DNA of 64,000 nt, from positions 1 to 64,000 of the forward strand of contig CBDCEW010000081.1 in assembly GCA_965215885.1 (NCBI GenBank), given 5' to 3'. The translations under genes were made by a program, and so were the position numbers. Positions 61,327 through 64,000 of this stretch are shown piece after piece; the first letter of the stretch is position 1; every line of letters starts with the position of its first letter. The notes beneath the pieces were generated by a model. The model was not told where the DNA came from. It was given only the letters and a program-made list of their open reading frames with translations, and searched no databases. The DNA is from Candidatus Moanibacter sp. (GTDB lineage Bacteria; Verrucomicrobiota; Verrucomicrobiia; Opitutales; UBA2987).

Positions 61327-61603
61327 CGTGACTGTTTTTGAGTTATATCCATTTTAGCCGGATATGAAAGATAGGCCCTATTACGAAACGATCTGGGGAT
61401 GATTTGACCGGGGAAAGCAGTAGAATTGAAGCGGGCGACGCTGAGCTGGACAGCCTATGGATTGGGCGACTACGACCTTTGGTATTTGCGAACGAAGGAC
61501 GGTGAGGAAGTGGATTTCCTGATTACCCGCGATGGCGAATGGCGAACCGTGACTGTTTTTGAGTTATATCCATTTTAGCCGGATATGAAAGATAGGCCCT
61601 ATT
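61327..61603. repeat. 56-bp direct repeat flanking a nuclease-domain remnant
   Basis: 61327-61382 equals 61548-61603; between them one frame reads DYDLWYLRTKDGEEVDFLITRDG. Confidence 0.8.
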
Positions 61604-61627
61604 CATGGGTTAATGGTATCTCATGGG

Positions 61628-62599
61628 TTAATGGTATCTCGGGGCAACCCATTGCGACAGGTCGTCCAACTCCTTGCGCTCATTTTCCGTCAGCACAACA
61701 TCCAGGGCGCCAAAGGTTTCCTCGACATGTTCGGGTAGATCGGGGCCGATAATCGGGGCCGTAACTTCGGGGTGATCAAGAATCCACGCGATTGCAACTT
61801 GGGCTGGCGTGGCACCGCGGCTTTCGGACAGTTCAGCCAGTCTTTGGATCACACCTTGGCGACTTTCGGTCAGCGACTTCTCAAGATCTAATTGCTTCGC
61901 CCAGGGACTGGTTGGCGGCGGCTCTTCTCCCCGGCGAAAGCGCCCGCTCAACAATCCGACCGCTAAAGGGCTGTAAGTCATCAACCCAAGACCCCATTTC
62001 CGGCAGAGCGGCATCAGCTCGGGTTCAACCTCCCAGCGGTGGAGGAGGTTGTAATGATTCTGAAGGACACTGAATGTTCTCAGCCCGACCCGTTCCGCCG
62101 TCCAGAGCGCTTCCATCACCTGGGCAGCAGTGAAATTGCACACTCCCACATAACGAATCTTTCCCTGGCGCACAAGATCCCCCATGGCGGCGAATGTTTC
62201 CTCCAAAGGCGTCTCATAATCGTAACTGTGTAACAAGTAGATGTCGATGTGCTCGACTTGCAGCCGCCTCAATGAATTTTCGATCTCACGCATGATATGA
62301 ACTCTGGAGAGGCCCTGATCGTTAGGCCCCTCACCCATATTGCTGCGAACCTTGGAAGTGAGGACGATTTCGTCCCGGTTCTTCATGATCTTGAGCGCCT
62401 TTCCTACGACCTCTTCGCACCGTCCCTGGAAATACACATTCGCAGAATCGAAAAAGTTGCACCCCAGATCGACCGCCCGCTGAATGACTTCCAAACAGGT
62501 CTTCTCGTCGATGTGCCCATCCCAATAGGCCCGGAATGCAGTGCCGAGACAGATGGGAGATACTTTGACTCCTGAATTTCCTATTCGTAAGTAGTTCAT
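61628..62599 (-). CDS. Aldo/keto reductase
   Basis: VSPICLGT, FDSANVY, SLRRLQVEHIDIYLLH, YSPLAVGLLSG. Confidence 0.93.
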   Translation of the reverse strand: MNYLRIGNSGVKVSPICLGTAFRAYWDGHIDEKTCLEVIQRAVDLGCNFFDSANVYFQGRCEEVVGKALKIMKNRDEIVLTSKVRSNMGEGPNDQGLSRVHIMREIENSLRRLQVEHIDIYLLHSYDYETPLEETFAAMGDLVRQGKIRYVGVCNFTAAQVMEALWTAERVGLRTFSVLQNHYNLLHRWEVEPELMPLCRKWGLGLMTYSPLAVGLLSGRFRRGEEPPPTSPWAKQLDLEKSLTESRQGVIQRLAELSESRGATPAQVAIAWILDHPEVTAPIIGPDLPEHVEETFGALDVVLTENERKELDDLSQWVAPRYH

Positions 62600-62906
62600 T
62601 TATTCTGTCTCCTGTCAGTTAATGTTAACCCCATCATTTCAAACGGCTTCTTAAGGGCGGGTGATAAGTGGTTTGTAATAAGAGAGTTATGATGCAGATC
62701 TGGTTATTTTCAATCGCCTCAGAATGTGAATATAAGAAAATGCCCTTAAGAAGTCTAAATCCGACAAGCGCGAATAGCTGCGTTCCAGCCCGCAAACCGC
62801 TTGGTTATGTAGATTACTACGCTCCCGCGCGGATTTGCGGGCTGCGCCTTGCTCTTCATCAATTCTCGAATTTTTGAAACAATGGGGTTGATCCTTCAAT
62901 GTTTCC

Positions 62907-64000
62907 TCACGATCGTCCGACTGTGGGTTCCACGCGCGCCAGAGCCTCATCCGAATTCGGGCGAAGGAAATCGAGGTCGCAACCTTCGTCAGCCCCCAAC
63001 ACATGCTCAGCGTACAAGCGCATATAGCCGCGAAGGTGGCGCTGCGTCGGCGGATTCCACTCCGAGGCACGTTTTTGCAGCTCCAGTTCTGTAATATCCA
63101 AGTCGATCATTCGCTTATCGACGTCCAACCGAATCGTATCACCATCGCGAACGATTGCCAACGGACCACCCACGGCAGCCTCCGGTGAGGTGTGCAGAAT
63201 GACTGTTCCGAAGTGTGTTCCGCTCATCCGGGCATCGCTGATGCGCACCATATCGCGAACCTTCTGCACGAGAAGCTTTCTCGGTATCGGAATGGCGCCC
63301 CATTCGGGCATTCCCGGTTGACCAACCGGCCCGACATTACGAAGCACAAGAACAGTTTCAGGAGTTACGCTGAGATCGGGAGAGTCGATACGCTCCAGCA
63401 TTTCGGCGTAACTGTCGAAAACCAGAGCGGGACCGGCATGCCGATGGAGGTGAGGAGAGGCAGCTGCCGCTTTCAGGACGGCTCCTTTCGGAGCCAGGCT
63501 TCCACCGAGAGTGACAATAGAATCCCGCTCGTAAATCGGATCGGTCGCTTCGCGAATGACGTCGCGATCGAAGCTCTGCGCACGACTCATTACCTCCCCA
63601 AGGTTTTCGCCGCTGATATTCAGACAGTCTGTATGGAGTAGAGATTCAATCTCCTTCATAACGGCCGGTATGCTTCCCGCCCGGTGCAGGTCGACGAGCA
63701 GGTAGCGACCGGCCGGTTTGAGGTTGACGATCATCGGCGTCGTGGACGCGATTTTATTAAAGAGTGACGGTGGAAGTTGTATTCGCCGCCGGCCCGCGAT
63801 GGCATGCAAATGGATCACTGCGTTGGTGGATCCTCCGATCGCCATAAGAACGCGAATGGCATTCTCAAAACTCTGTTGTGTGAGGATCCGGCTCGGCCGA
63901 AGATCCTCGTCCACCATTGCAACGAGACGGCGCCCGGCCGCTTCCGCTGCCTGCAACTTGCGCGAGTCATGCGCTGGAATCGTCGAAGTGCCCGCCGGCA
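62907..64000 (-). CDS. IlvD/Edd-family dehydratase (sugar-acid dehydratase-like), 5' part outside the window
   Basis: GGSTNAVIHL, GSLAPKGAVLK, PGMPEWG, RISDARMSGT, SPEAAVGGPL. Confidence 0.92.
   Translation of the reverse strand, partial: PAGTSTIPAHDSRKLQAAEAAGRRLVAMVDEDLRPSRILTQQSFENAIRVLMAIGGSTNAVIHLHAIAGRRRIQLPPSLFNKIASTTPMIVNLKPAGRYLLVDLHRAGSIPAVMKEIESLLHTDCLNISGENLGEVMSRAQSFDRDVIREATDPIYERDSIVTLGGSLAPKGAVLKAAAASPHLHRHAGPALVFDSYAEMLERIDSPDLSVTPETVLVLRNVGPVGQPGMPEWGAIPIPRKLLVQKVRDMVRISDARMSGTHFGTVILHTSPEAAVGGPLAIVRDGDTIRLDVDKRMIDLDITELELQKRASEWNPPTQRHLRGYMRLYAEHVLGADEGCDLDFLRPNSDEALARVEPTVGRS

Noticed and set aside
1..64000. tRNA, rRNA, integron attC array, prophage
   Set aside because: No cloverleaf or rRNA signature, no integrase, no regular cassette spacing and no phage structural genes seen.

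Overview
GC-rich bacterial accessory region with no rRNA, tRNA or CRISPR array visible. The cargo is catabolic: six stand-alone BNR/Asp-box (sialidase-like) beta-propeller genes plus one fused domain, four PhyH-type and one TauD-type dioxygenases, three FAD-dependent oxidoreductases, SDRs, Gfo/Idh/MocA dehydrogenases, a sulfatase, a rhamnulokinase/aldolase pair, LLM, GMC and AKR oxidoreductases and an IlvD/Edd dehydratase. It is interrupted by eight insertion sequences, several MITE/REP families and many toxin-antitoxin gene remnants. The strongest signal is a ~250-bp nested palindromic repeat present three times. It is empty at 4464-4711, and at the other two loci the hairpin CCCCGG-TCTTGTG-CCGGGG in its arms has been hit at the identical position by two unrelated transposons. 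One is an IS186-like IS4 element. The other is an unclassified ~2.95-kb two-ORF element in two near-identical copies: an HTH-like OrfA, an A8/A9 tract, and a Mutator/IS256-type DDE OrfB with CAT termini. Four insertions can be excised by hand to rebuild the interrupted coding sequence across the junction. Many frameshifts are present and may partly be assembly errors. All calls come from reading motifs by eye; no database search was run.
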